NCBI GenBank assembly: GCA_963793865.1
Contig: CAWCBP010000001.1
Coordinates: forward strand, 288,001 to 352,000
From: an uncultured delta proteobacterium
GTDB taxonomy: Bacteria > Desulfobacterota > WTBG01
Length of the DNA: 64,000 nt
Direction of reading: 5' to 3'
Positions 47,758-57,606 of this stretch are shown here, one piece after another. Positions within the stretch are counted from its first letter, which is position 1. Each line of letters begins with the position of its first letter. The translations under genes were made by a program, and so were the position numbers. The notes below the pieces were generated by a model. The model had not been told where the DNA came from. It was given only the letters and a program-made list of their open reading frames with translations, and searched no databases.

Positions 47758-48729
47758 ATGGTCAGCCGTAAACCAGTTGCAGAAGCTGCAAATGCTTCAG
47801 GGCGTCTTACTCCTGACAGGCTGGTGAAAGGACTTGCCCTGGCAAGCCTGGTGCTGTTTGTGTTTATAGAGCTCTACTTCTTCAAGATCAGCTATCATCC
47901 CATCGGCTATGCCGCATCAGGCCTGCTGCTCGTTTTCGGCATCTGGAGAATAGCAACCGAAAAGAACCGGTTCCAGAGAATGCGGATTATCACCATCCTT
48001 TCACTCTTTGTGCTGTTCTGGTTCATTGTCCCGTTTGTGTTCAAGGTCAAGGTTCCCATTCTGGGCGGGCAATGGGGGTTGTTTCCCCAGCTTCACACCA
48101 TCGGTTCGCTCACCTTTTTTGTATACTTCGGGATTGTGCTCCTCTTTGGCAAGCGGGTCGACTGCGGGTGGTGCTGTCCCTGCGTCACCGCGCGCGAGAC
48201 CATCGGTTTTCCCTTCCGGGATAAAACCGTCAAGAACGGACTGTGGTGGCGGTTGCGGCACCTTAAATGGCTGACTTTGGGGATGCTGGTAGTGTATCTC
48301 GCGCTTATGATCTATGATGCAGGCACCGCGTATAACCGGGCGGGAAAGTATTTCTACGGATTTATAACCTACACCTATTATGGCAGCTTTCTCCTCATAC
48401 CGCTTACCGGCAACAGGAACTTCTGCCGCATACTCTGTCCCTTTGCAGCGCTCTGGGGGGTATTGAGCGTGTCGGGGTTCTACCGGATAAAAGCAAAACA
48501 GGAGGATTGCATCTCATGCGGAAAGTGCGAGCAGGTCTGTGATATGGGAATACCCATTGCCGCTATGGTAAAGGAGAAGGGTCAAATCAGGTCCATCGAG
48601 TGCATGGGCTGCGGGAGATGCGTGCACATCTGTCCTACAAACGCGCTCTCATTTCACAGTGCTGCGGGGGTTATTAACAAGGTAATCTCGAAGAAAGGGC
48701 AGATACTGGATACTGTAAAATATTTATAG
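47758..48729 (+). CDS. Membrane 4Fe-4S binding protein (NapH/MauN/YccM-like)
   Basis: CGWCCP and CRILCP motifs, two CxxCxxCxxxC clusters, multiple TMs. Confidence 0.87.
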   Translation: MVSRKPVAEAANASGRLTPDRLVKGLALASLVLFVFIELYFFKISYHPIGYAASGLLLVFGIWRIATEKNRFQRMRIITILSLFVLFWFIVPFVFKVKVPILGGQWGLFPQLHTIGSLTFFVYFGIVLLFGKRVDCGWCCPCVTARETIGFPFRDKTVKNGLWWRLRHLKWLTLGMLVVYLALMIYDAGTAYNRAGKYFYGFITYTYYGSFLLIPLTGNRNFCRILCPFAALWGVLSVSGFYRIKAKQEDCISCGKCEQVCDMGIPIAAMVKEKGQIRSIECMGCGRCVHICPTNALSFHSAAGVINKVISKKGQILDTVKYL

Positions 48730-48760
48730 TACTGTCGTGACGTGCCCGGAACGATATGAC

Positions 48761-48797
48761 GGAATACCCCGCAGCCCGGCTGTGGGGTAATTCATTT
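48761..48797. repeat. CCCC(G/A)CAG..CTGTGGGG palindromic repeat (copy 2)
   Basis: ggaataccccgcagcccggctgtggggtaattcatt resembles 10571-10604. Confidence 0.55.
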
Positions 48798-48996
48798 CAA
48801 TCAATGATTAGTACAGGGGAGACGGTATTGTTTCATGTAAACGGGGGTATTATAGTACAATAGTAAAATGCTTAATGACTCACAGCAGGCAAATCGCTAG
48901 ACAAAAGGAGAAATATTTATTAAAACCACTATGGACATTCATTAAAGCAGGGATATTTTCAGTAACCACCATCTTAACCCGGGACGTCCTCATAAA

Positions 48997-50862
48997 ATGA
49001 GCGCATTGCATAATCGCCACCCGTATTCCCATCATTTGTTCATTGCTGCCTTTCTATGTGTTCTGTCCTGCCATGCAGTGTTCGCAGATACTCCTGCCGG
49101 TCCGGATATCTCATTACCCGCTGCGAGCACGCTCGACAGTAAAGCATATGAAGGAAAAAGCCTGCTGCTTTTCTTCTACTCGATTGACGATACCCGGGTT
49201 GATGAGGTGGTGGGTCTGATGAAGGAGCTCTACTCAATCCGGAATGATTATAATTTTGACCTGGTGGGCATTGCCCTTCCTCCGGACCGGCTTGAAGAGT
49301 TGCAGCAGTACAATCAGAACCACAACATTCCGTTCCCCGTGTACCTGGATCACGACAGGCAGCTCTATGCAAAATTCAAGATGGCGGGGGGTGTGGGTTT
49401 TTACATCTATAACAGGCAGGGACAACTGATAGCCAGCAGGATGGGCAGTGTTATTCCGCGGGAAAACAGCCTTGCGGACAACTGGCGGGCCTATGCGAGC
49501 GAATATTTGAGAATCCCGTACATCCCGGCGGATGAGCCGATCCTGGGGATCAAACCCCCGGTGCCTCTCTTTAAAGGAAGCACCATCAACGGCAGCATCA
49601 TTGACATTAAAGAGGTGTATCAGACCAGGCCGGTCATTATCCTGTTTTTTTCTCCGGGATGCAGCCACTGCCAGGATGAACTGGCATTTTTAAACAGCCT
49701 GTACAGCGCGGGAGAGCTTCAGGGAAAATTTGAAATTGTGGCTGTCAGCATTGCAAACCAGGAGTTCACTTCAAACTTCATTCGCAATCAGAACTATGTC
49801 TTCCCGGTCATGGTTGATGCGGGCAGGAAAATCGCTTCCCTGTTTCCCTCCTATACGGGGACAATACCCATCAGCTTCCTGGTTGACCGGACGGGCTCCA
49901 TCGTCAGCCTGCACAAAGGTTTCACTGATCATATGCGTACTATTTATATAATGGAGCTTAAAAAGCTGGCCGGTCTGCCCAATCCCCCGCTTTTGTCCAA
50001 AAAGGGTTATTCCGGGGAATCGGCCTGCATGATATGCCACGAACAAGAACATATTCAGTGGAAGCTTACCAGGCATGCCGACGCATTCGCATCCATGGTG
50101 CGCAAGGGCACGGAAGACAATCAGCAGTGTGTCAGTTGTCATGTGACCGGATATGGCGAGGCCGGCGGGTATAGTATGAGCAGCAAACGTTATTCAAAGC
50201 ACCTGGAGGGGGTCCAGTGCGAGTCCTGCCATGGGGCGGGACATAAATCCTGTTCCGCTTTTGCGGGAGAAAAGGCAAAGAAGAAAAAAGCAACGGAGTG
50301 GGAAAAACGCTGTCTCACCTGCCATACCGAAAAGGAATCCATTAATTTTGTCTTTGCCAGGCGCTATCCGAGAATCCTGCACGGCAACGCACCCGACCTC
50401 TCACAAATGACCAGGGAAGATCGTCTGCGCTTCCTGCTTGCGTATCGGGAGAAAAGCAATATTTTTGACAACCCCGCCCAGTATGTGGGTGCGGAATCGT
50501 GCAGGGGGTGTCACAGCAAGGAATACGGTCACTGGGAAAAAACCGTGCATGCAGGGGCTCACACAACCGAAAAAGCCAAAGCCGCCCTGCCGGAAAAGCA
50601 GTACCGCTATAACACCGGCGTCGGCAGTGCGGGCGGTTATCCGGAGCCCGGCCGGGATGGGGTGCAGTGCGAGGCATGTCATGGTCCGGGAGAAAAGCAT
50701 GTGGCCGAACCGGAGGCGAAAGGACAGGGTTATATTGTCGGCCTCACCCGTGAATGCTCGAGCTGTGTGGTGGAGCAGATTTGCCGCCGGTGTCACTCAT
50801 CAGAAGACGACCCCGATTTCGATTTTCAAAAGCAGCTGCTTAAAGTGCGTCACGGGTTATGA
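48997..50862 (+). CDS. Exported fusion of two redoxin (TlpA/AhpC-TSA) domains and multiheme cytochrome c (7 CxxCH)
   Basis: Signal peptide; FFSPGCSHC; CMICH, CVSCH, CESCH, CLTCH, CRGCH, CEACH, CRRCH. Confidence 0.85.
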   Translation: MSALHNRHPYSHHLFIAAFLCVLSCHAVFADTPAGPDISLPAASTLDSKAYEGKSLLLFFYSIDDTRVDEVVGLMKELYSIRNDYNFDLVGIALPPDRLEELQQYNQNHNIPFPVYLDHDRQLYAKFKMAGGVGFYIYNRQGQLIASRMGSVIPRENSLADNWRAYASEYLRIPYIPADEPILGIKPPVPLFKGSTINGSIIDIKEVYQTRPVIILFFSPGCSHCQDELAFLNSLYSAGELQGKFEIVAVSIANQEFTSNFIRNQNYVFPVMVDAGRKIASLFPSYTGTIPISFLVDRTGSIVSLHKGFTDHMRTIYIMELKKLAGLPNPPLLSKKGYSGESACMICHEQEHIQWKLTRHADAFASMVRKGTEDNQQCVSCHVTGYGEAGGYSMSSKRYSKHLEGVQCESCHGAGHKSCSAFAGEKAKKKKATEWEKRCLTCHTEKESINFVFARRYPRILHGNAPDLSQMTREDRLRFLLAYREKSNIFDNPAQYVGAESCRGCHSKEYGHWEKTVHAGAHTTEKAKAALPEKQYRYNTGVGSAGGYPEPGRDGVQCEACHGPGEKHVAEPEAKGQGYIVGLTRECSSCVVEQICRRCHSSEDDPDFDFQKQLLKVRHGL

Positions 50863-50922
50863 ATCGGGAAGGCGCATCCACAATCTGCTGCGAGTGCGGC
50901 AACCACATGTCGGAGGGCTCCA

Positions 50923-51915
50923 TTAACCATAGAATTTGGAAGGGCCGCTTAAAACCTTCCATTCCGCCTCTGTAAATATCGCGGCACAATCCGCAACCGT
51001 CATGCCGCGCTTCCGTTCCGTATCTTTTTCAACATCCCGGGGATTGGATCCGGTTTCAGCCCACAACAGATTCGCTCCTGCAGCAGCTCCCATCACATTC
51101 GGTTCATGGGTGCAGTTTCCCTGCAGTGGCAGAATCCTAAAGCCAGTCTGACCACGGCAAGGATGTGGGCCATTCGGGCCTCGCTGACCATACCGTGGGA
51201 GGCCATTGCCGTGCCGGGCAGGGGAATTCGCCGTGCCGCTCCGCTGTATACCGGGTTCGCCTCACGGGTAATAATTGTTTTTTGAACCAGCTCACTAATC
51301 GTATGTTCGGTGCCGACCGGTTCCAGGCAGGTGCCCAGCAGCAATCCCGCTTCTGCGGCATTCCGGAATGTTTGCAGTCTGGTTTCCACCGGAATCGAGG
51401 TGTCGGTGCCCTCGCCCAGGCGAACCGCGTGATAAACGCCGGAAAAACCCGCATTCTTGAGCCTCCCCGCCTGTCCCCGAGTAAAATCACCGACATTTGC
51501 CACCATCGTTGTTTCAGGGAGAAGGTTTTTGCCTGACTTCCTGCGCCATTTCGATGAATTTATCAAAGGGGTAATCACCGGTCGCCATGAGATAGACAGC
51601 ATTAGCACCATCTTTCTCAGCCTGTTGAGCCCGGGATACTGCTTCATCTGCAGAAAGCTCAAAAACATCCTGGAAAATCTTGTTGCATGCCGCGAAGGAA
51701 CAGAACGCGCAGTTCTTCGGGCAGGGTGCTATATTCAATCCCACCTGGGCATGCACTTCAGCTGATCCGCGGGAAGCCTGCTCACTTTTTCTTCGGGAGG
51801 CTGCACGAATCAGCGCCGATTCGTCTGTAAAAAGGGGTACCGTGAAAAGCCCGGTTATTTCCCCAGCCGTGAGCTGTCCGCCATCCAGCGACTTCTTTAT
51901 GATGTCCCGTATCAT
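50923..51915 (-). pseudogene. BioB-like radical SAM protein with two frameshifts (about 51528 and 51125); pseudogene or error
   Basis: CPKNCAFC in frame 1, YHAVRLGEGTDT/GTCLEPVG.EH in frame 2, GNCTHEP..GANLLWAETGSNPRD in frame 3 ending at TAA 50923. Confidence 0.8.
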
Positions 51916-51969
51916 GGAACATATGCATAGCACAGCAGTGCCATTTGTTCAAGGTGATGTGAAGGGGAT

Positions 51970-52051
51970 GATGCAGGATACAGGATGCGATATACAGGGT
52001 GCAGGGTACAGGATGCGAAACAGGATACGGGAATGGCGATTGCGGATTTGC
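51970..52051. repeat. Degenerate heptamer tandem repeat (GATRCAG-like)
   Basis: gatgcag gatacag gatgcga tatacag ggtgcag ggtacag gatgcga. Confidence 0.6.
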
Positions 52052-52273
52052 TTTCTTGTTCTCCTCATTTTTAAGGCTCTGTTTCAGGCATGCACGGAAG
52101 GCAAAAGGGAAAATGGCCATTGACTAATGAATCCAAATGTCTGCGGGCGAGCGGTCCAACCGGCACAAGCAAGGACAATTTTCGTTCATTTTATAAAATC
52201 TTTTTAATTTCCCGCCGAAAAATGCTAGTATGGGGCCATTCAATGAACAGGCTCTTAAAACAATGGAGGTGAC

Positions 52274-54826
52274 ATGAAGGTTACGTCATTTACCGTGCTC
52301 CCCGATACTCCGGAGGCGCTCGACCCCCTGAAGGAGATCGCCTACAACATGTGGTTCAGCTGGAACCATGAGGCCAGGAAACTTTTTATGCGGCTCGATC
52401 AGGAGTACTGGGAGAAATCATATCAGAGCCCCATCAACATGCTCTGCATGCTTCCCCTGCACCGGCTGCAGGAGGCGGCTCAGGACCAGGACTTCCTCGC
52501 GCAGGTGAACGGCGTCTATCAAAATTTGCAGAAGTATTTAAACGCCAAGCCCTGGTTTGAGAAGAAGTTCGGCAAACGGAAGAAGCCCTTCATCGCCTAT
52601 GTGTCGCTGGAGTACGGCATTGACGAAGGGCTGCCGCTTTATTCCGGCGGCCTGGGCATTCTTGCCGGGGATCACATGAAGTCGGCGAGCGATCTCGGCA
52701 TCCCGCTGGTCGGCATAGGCCTCCTCTACCGTCAGGGCTATTTCAAGCAGTACCTCAATGCCGACGGGTGGCAGATGGAGTCCTATCCGGAAAACAACCG
52801 CTACCGGATGCCCCTCAGCCTGGAACGGGACGCGGCGGGCAAGCCGCTGCTCATTGACCTTTCGGATGTGAACATTCCCGCCAGGTTCCAGGTGTGGCGG
52901 GTGGATATCGGCCGGATTCCCCTCTACCTGCTTGACGCCAACATCCCCTCGAATGCGACTGAACACCAGGTCATCACCATGCAGCTCTACGGCGGTGATC
53001 GGGATATGCGCATCCGGCAGGAGCTGCTTCTGGGAATCGGCGGCCTGCGGGCCCTGCAGGCCCTGGGGCTCTCACCGACCGTGTGCCATATCAATGAGGG
53101 CCACGCTGCATTTCTGACGCTTGAGCGAATACGCCAGTACATGGATGCCGGCGGCCTTTCTTTTCAGGAGGCATTTGAAATCTGCTGGTCAAGCAGTGTT
53201 TTTACCACCCACACCCCGGTGCCTGCCGGTAATGAGCGCTTTAATCCCTCCCTGATGCAGAAATACCTGGGCGGCTACGTGGAGAAGCTGGGCCTGAGCT
53301 GGAATGAATTTCTGGCCATGGGTCGGGAAGACCCCGCCAACCAGGGTGAGGAATTCTGCATGACCGTTCTGGCGCTGAAGATGTGCGCCCGCAGCAACGC
53401 GGTGTCCAGGCTCCACGGCACGGTCTCCAGGAAAATGTGGAAAAATCTCTGGCCGGGATTGAACGGGGAGGACATTCCCATAACCTCCATTACCAACGGC
53501 ATCCACGGCAGGAGCTGGGTGAGCCACGAGCAGGCGAACCTCTTTCAGAAGCACCTTGGCGAGGCATTTATCGATGAGCCGCTGAACGTTGATTCCTGGA
53601 AGGGGATTGATACCATCCCCGACACCGATCTCTGGGAGCTGCGGGACCTGCGCCGGGAAAAGCTGGTTAACTTTGCCCGGAAGCGGCTGCGCGTGCAATT
53701 CGCGCGCCGGAAGCTTTCTCCCTCGGAAATCAACATTGCCGACGAGGTGCTGGATCCCAAGGCACTTACCATAGGCTTTGCCAGACGGTTTGCAACCTAC
53801 AAGCGGGCATACCTGCTCCTGCGCGAGCCGGAGCGGCTGGCCCGGATACTGCTCGATGCCAAACAGCCGGTGCAGCTCATTATTGCCGGCAAGGCGCACC
53901 CCGCCGACAATGCCGGGAAAGAGATGATCAGGCAGATCATTCACTTTACCCGGGATGAGAAGTTCAGACAAAAGATCGTCTTTCTCGAGGACTACGATCT
54001 TACCGTGGCCCGCTATATGGTGCAGGGTGTGGACGTGTGGCTCAACACGCCCCGCAGGCCCATGGAGGCATCAGGAACCTCCGGCATGAAGGCGGCGGCC
54101 AACGGCGTTCTGAATCTCTCGGTGCTCGACGGCTGGTGGCCCGAGGCATACGCGAGCGGAACAGGATGGCCCATCGGCTGGGGCGAGGAGTACGATGATC
54201 ATGATTACCAGGACGCGGTGGAAGGGCACCTCCTCTATGACACGCTGGAGCGGGAGGTGATCCCTCTTTTTTATAAGCGCGATGCCGAGGGCATCCCCCG
54301 CGCGTGGGTCAAGAATATTAAAACCACCCTCAAGCGGCTGGGCTTTGCCTTCAGTTCCAACCGCATGGTGGCCGAATACACCGACCGCTGCTATCTCAAT
54401 GCCGACCGGGATTGCGGCAACCTCAAGGCGCGCGAGTATACACTGGCGCGGGAAATGGCCGGCTGGCGCAGGAAGGTCAGGAGCAACTGGGGAAAGATCC
54501 GGGTCATCAATTTGAACACCGACTTCGGCGGGGAATTTTTGCGCACGGGCGATGAGGTGGGGATTGTGGCGGAAATAAATCTCGGCGAGCTCAGCCCCGA
54601 TGATGTAGCCATTGAGCTGTACCACGGGCCGGTCGATGACCGGGAGGTCATAACCAGCGGACTGATTGAAAAGATGGAGGTGCAGGGCTCGTCAAACGGC
54701 ATTCATGCCTACCGGGGGACAATGGTGTGCCAGTATGCGGGCCGCTACGGCTTTGCCCTGCGGGTCGTCCCCGGGCACTATGCGCTTCCCCACCATCTTA
54801 TCCCCGGGCTTATTCTCTGGGCGTAA
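52274..54826 (+). CDS. glgP: Alpha-glucan (glycogen) phosphorylase
   Basis: YSGGLGILAGDH.K, NEGHAAF, GFARRFATYKR, EASGTSGMK PLP site. Confidence 0.96.
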   Translation: MKVTSFTVLPDTPEALDPLKEIAYNMWFSWNHEARKLFMRLDQEYWEKSYQSPINMLCMLPLHRLQEAAQDQDFLAQVNGVYQNLQKYLNAKPWFEKKFGKRKKPFIAYVSLEYGIDEGLPLYSGGLGILAGDHMKSASDLGIPLVGIGLLYRQGYFKQYLNADGWQMESYPENNRYRMPLSLERDAAGKPLLIDLSDVNIPARFQVWRVDIGRIPLYLLDANIPSNATEHQVITMQLYGGDRDMRIRQELLLGIGGLRALQALGLSPTVCHINEGHAAFLTLERIRQYMDAGGLSFQEAFEICWSSSVFTTHTPVPAGNERFNPSLMQKYLGGYVEKLGLSWNEFLAMGREDPANQGEEFCMTVLALKMCARSNAVSRLHGTVSRKMWKNLWPGLNGEDIPITSITNGIHGRSWVSHEQANLFQKHLGEAFIDEPLNVDSWKGIDTIPDTDLWELRDLRREKLVNFARKRLRVQFARRKLSPSEINIADEVLDPKALTIGFARRFATYKRAYLLLREPERLARILLDAKQPVQLIIAGKAHPADNAGKEMIRQIIHFTRDEKFRQKIVFLEDYDLTVARYMVQGVDVWLNTPRRPMEASGTSGMKAAANGVLNLSVLDGWWPEAYASGTGWPIGWGEEYDDHDYQDAVEGHLLYDTLEREVIPLFYKRDAEGIPRAWVKNIKTTLKRLGFAFSSNRMVAEYTDRCYLNADRDCGNLKAREYTLAREMAGWRRKVRSNWGKIRVINLNTDFGGEFLRTGDEVGIVAEINLGELSPDDVAIELYHGPVDDREVITSGLIEKMEVQGSSNGIHAYRGTMVCQYAGRYGFALRVVPGHYALPHHLIPGLILWA

Positions 54827-54853
54827 ACGGCCTTTGGTGTATTTTATTCGAAT

Positions 54854-54881
54854 GTAGGGGCGACCGGCCGGTCGCCCCTAC
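54854..54881. repeat. GTAG-type REP palindrome
   Basis: GTAGGGGCGACCGGCCGGTCGCCCCTAC. Confidence 0.88.
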
Positions 54882-55048
54882 GCATCAGATCCTACTTTCG
54901 TATTAAACAGTACCAGACCCCAATTTTTCACCTTTCATACAACCTGGTAGAATGCACCGGAAGCTGCCTGCCCGGAGGCTGGTACGGCCAGGGCCTGCCT
55001 CCCGTATAAGCCGAAAGGATTTGGCAAGCGTTCTGGTGGCAGGCACGG

Positions 55049-55636
55049 TCAGGACCGCCTGAAGCGAATGAAAACCTGGTAACCCAGGCCGAGGAGGAAG
55101 AGGAGAATGCCGCCTCCTGCCAGCAGGTACTGGTGCCGGCTGAAGGGCAGCTGCAGCAGGGTGGAAAGGCCGCCTATGGCAAGAAAGGCGCCCCAGCCCG
55201 CGGTGCCGGCCATGATGAAATAGCTGAGAAAGAAAAAGGCGCAGATCCCCGAAGCGAGCGTCACCGGGATAATCCATCCGCTCTCGCCCAGCAAAAAGGC
55301 GCTCACCAGGCCGCCCAGCGCCATCCCCGCGACGAAACCCGCCATTCTCAGCATGAAGAGAAAGCCGTAGCCTCCCAGCGCGCCCAGCGCGACGGCGCCG
55401 GCAATGCCGCCCCACGGTTGTGACACAAGATTACCCAATCCGAAACCGATGATCGCGCCGACGGTGCATCCGAACAGAAAAAGCGAAAAGCGGAAAATCT
55501 TCAGGCCGAAGAAGCAGAGCGCTATGCCGGTGAGCAGGGCAACAGGCCAGGAATGAAAGAGAGAGGTGTTGATGTCGGTAAGAATTTTTACCAGCCAGGC
55601 AAGCGCTGCCTCAACAGTTTCCATCATGAAGGCCAT
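55049..55636 (-). CDS. DUF4203/TM7S3-like Gly-rich membrane protein
   Basis: GIALCFFG.KIFR, about six hydrophobic segments, GLGYQ end. Confidence 0.75.
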   Translation of the reverse strand: MAFMMETVEAALAWLVKILTDINTSLFHSWPVALLTGIALCFFGLKIFRFSLFLFGCTVGAIIGFGLGNLVSQPWGGIAGAVALGALGGYGFLFMLRMAGFVAGMALGGLVSAFLLGESGWIIPVTLASGICAFFFLSYFIMAGTAGWGAFLAIGGLSTLLQLPFSRHQYLLAGGGILLFLLGLGYQVFIRFRRS

Positions 55637-55639
55637 CCC

Positions 55640-57370
55640 TCATTTCTGAACCCGTGCCCGCCTGGCCCCGGTCCAGGCGAGGAGTTCCTCAGCGGTAAGG
55701 GTGTTGAGCAGGTGTCGCGGCTCCAGCCATCCGCGCCGGGCAACCATGACGCCCAGTTCCATCATCCACAGCTGCTCAAGGTGGTGCGAGTCCGTTCCCA
55801 GCGCAATCATCACGCCCTTCTTGCCCGCCTCCATTGCGGTCGCGTCGTCAAGGTCCAGCCGGTCCTGGTAGGAATTGATTTCAAGCGCCGTTCCCGTCTC
55901 CGCTGCCGCCTCGATGACCCGCCCCATGTCCACGTTGTAAGGCTCCCGTTCTCCCAGGAGGCGCCCGGTGGGATGGGCTATAATGTGCAGATAAGGGTTT
56001 TTCATCGCGGTTATGATTCGTCCGGTAATCTGCTCCCGGCTCCCCTTAAAGCCGCTGTGGATGGCCCCGATCACAATATCGAGCCGGCTGAGCAGGTCAT
56101 CGGGATAGTCAAGCGTTCCGTCGTTTTTTATGTCCACTTCGGCGCCGCAGAGCAGGCGGATGCCCGAGAGTGACTGATTGATCTTCTTCACCTCGGCGAT
56201 TTTTTCCTTGAGCCGCGCGGCGGAAAGACCCCTGGCAATCTTGAGCGACGGGGAGTGATCGGTCACGGCTATATACCGGTAACCCATCTTCTGCGCCGCG
56301 GCTGCAATTTCCGGGAGCGAATGGGCGCCGTCGCTGTAATGCGAGTGCACGTGCAAATCACCCCTGATGTCGGATCGGCGAACGAGTGCAGGGAGGGAAT
56401 GGCCTAAGGCTGCCTCCAGTTCGCCACGGTCTTCGCGAAGTTCGGGAGGGATCCAGTCCATCTGTAACGCTGCATATATCTCCTCTTCGCGTGCGCCCGC
56501 CATCTTCCTCTCGCCGGAGAAAATGCCGTACTCGTTGATTTTGAAGCCGCTGCGCCTGGCAATCTCCCGCAGCCGGACGTTGTGGCTTTTGGAACCGGTA
56601 AAGTACTGGAGCGCCGCGCCGAAGGAATCTTTCTCAACCACCCTGAGATCGAGCTGGATGCCGTCCGCAGTTACAATGCTTCCCTTGGTTTCTCCCTGCG
56701 CGAGTATGGAACCGGAGAGGGGCAGATGCACGAAGGTGTCGATAATCTCCTTCTTTCGGGAGCCGGAGGCAAGAATGTCAATGTCTCCGATGGTTTCCTT
56801 TCCCCGCCTGAGAGAGCCCGCCGCTTCAATATCCCTGATGTCTGCCGCCTTCTGCAGTGCGCCAATGACTTCGCGGGCAATGACCAGCGCCTTGCCCAGC
56901 GGCATCCGCTCCCTGCTCTGGGCGTAGAGCTCAATACCCCTGATGATGTTCTCTATTTTTTTCCTGCCCATGCCGGGAAGCTCGGCCATCCGCTCATCAT
57001 GAACAGCCTTCTGCAGGTCCTCGAGGCTGTTGATCTGCATTTCCTTGTGCAGCATGGCCAGGGTTTTAGGCCCCAGGCTGGGCACGCCCAGCAGCGCGAT
57101 CAGATCGTCCCCGATCCCCTGTTTCATCTCCTCGTACTTGGCGATGTGTCCGGTCGAGAGATACTCAAGAATCTTTTCCGCCGTTCCCTTGCCGATGCCC
57201 GGCATGTGCTGCAGCTCGCCGGAGCGGACCATTTCCTCGATGTCGGTGGTGAGGTCATTCAGGATTCGGGCGGACTTGCGGTAGGCGTTTATTTTGAAAA
57301 TATTTTCGTCTTTGAATTCGAGCAGGTCGGCCATCCTCTGGAAGAGAGAGGCTATTTCCTTGTTTTTCAT
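55640..57370 (-). CDS. polX: DNA polymerase X with PHP 3'-5' exonuclease domain
   Basis: AGSLRRGKETIGDIDIL, YFTGSK.HN, GDLHVHS..SDG, IAHPTGR, LEINS, TDSH. Confidence 0.95.
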   Translation of the reverse strand: MKNKEIASLFQRMADLLEFKDENIFKINAYRKSARILNDLTTDIEEMVRSGELQHMPGIGKGTAEKILEYLSTGHIAKYEEMKQGIGDDLIALLGVPSLGPKTLAMLHKEMQINSLEDLQKAVHDERMAELPGMGRKKIENIIRGIELYAQSRERMPLGKALVIAREVIGALQKAADIRDIEAAGSLRRGKETIGDIDILASGSRKKEIIDTFVHLPLSGSILAQGETKGSIVTADGIQLDLRVVEKDSFGAALQYFTGSKSHNVRLREIARRSGFKINEYGIFSGERKMAGAREEEIYAALQMDWIPPELREDRGELEAALGHSLPALVRRSDIRGDLHVHSHYSDGAHSLPEIAAAAQKMGYRYIAVTDHSPSLKIARGLSAARLKEKIAEVKKINQSLSGIRLLCGAEVDIKNDGTLDYPDDLLSRLDIVIGAIHSGFKGSREQITGRIITAMKNPYLHIIAHPTGRLLGEREPYNVDMGRVIEAAAETGTALEINSYQDRLDLDDATAMEAGKKGVMIALGTDSHHLEQLWMMELGVMVARRGWLEPRHLLNTLTAEELLAWTGARRARVQK

Positions 57371-57606
57371 GCGTCATCCTCGCCCGGGGTGATTGATGGC
57401 TCTTTGTCCGGGCGGTTTTCCTGTGCGGTGTGAGAAGCGAGGGAAGGTCATTCGGGAAATGTTGAAAATGGTATATGAAAAGGAATCCCTTTTCAATAAA
57501 ATACTGTCTGTTCATGCCGGGCTGTGCTATAGGGGTGGTCAGGGCATTAATTTACATGCCTGGAGGTGACCCCGGGGGCGCGGGAAGGTGATGCGGAGGA
57601 AGAGGA

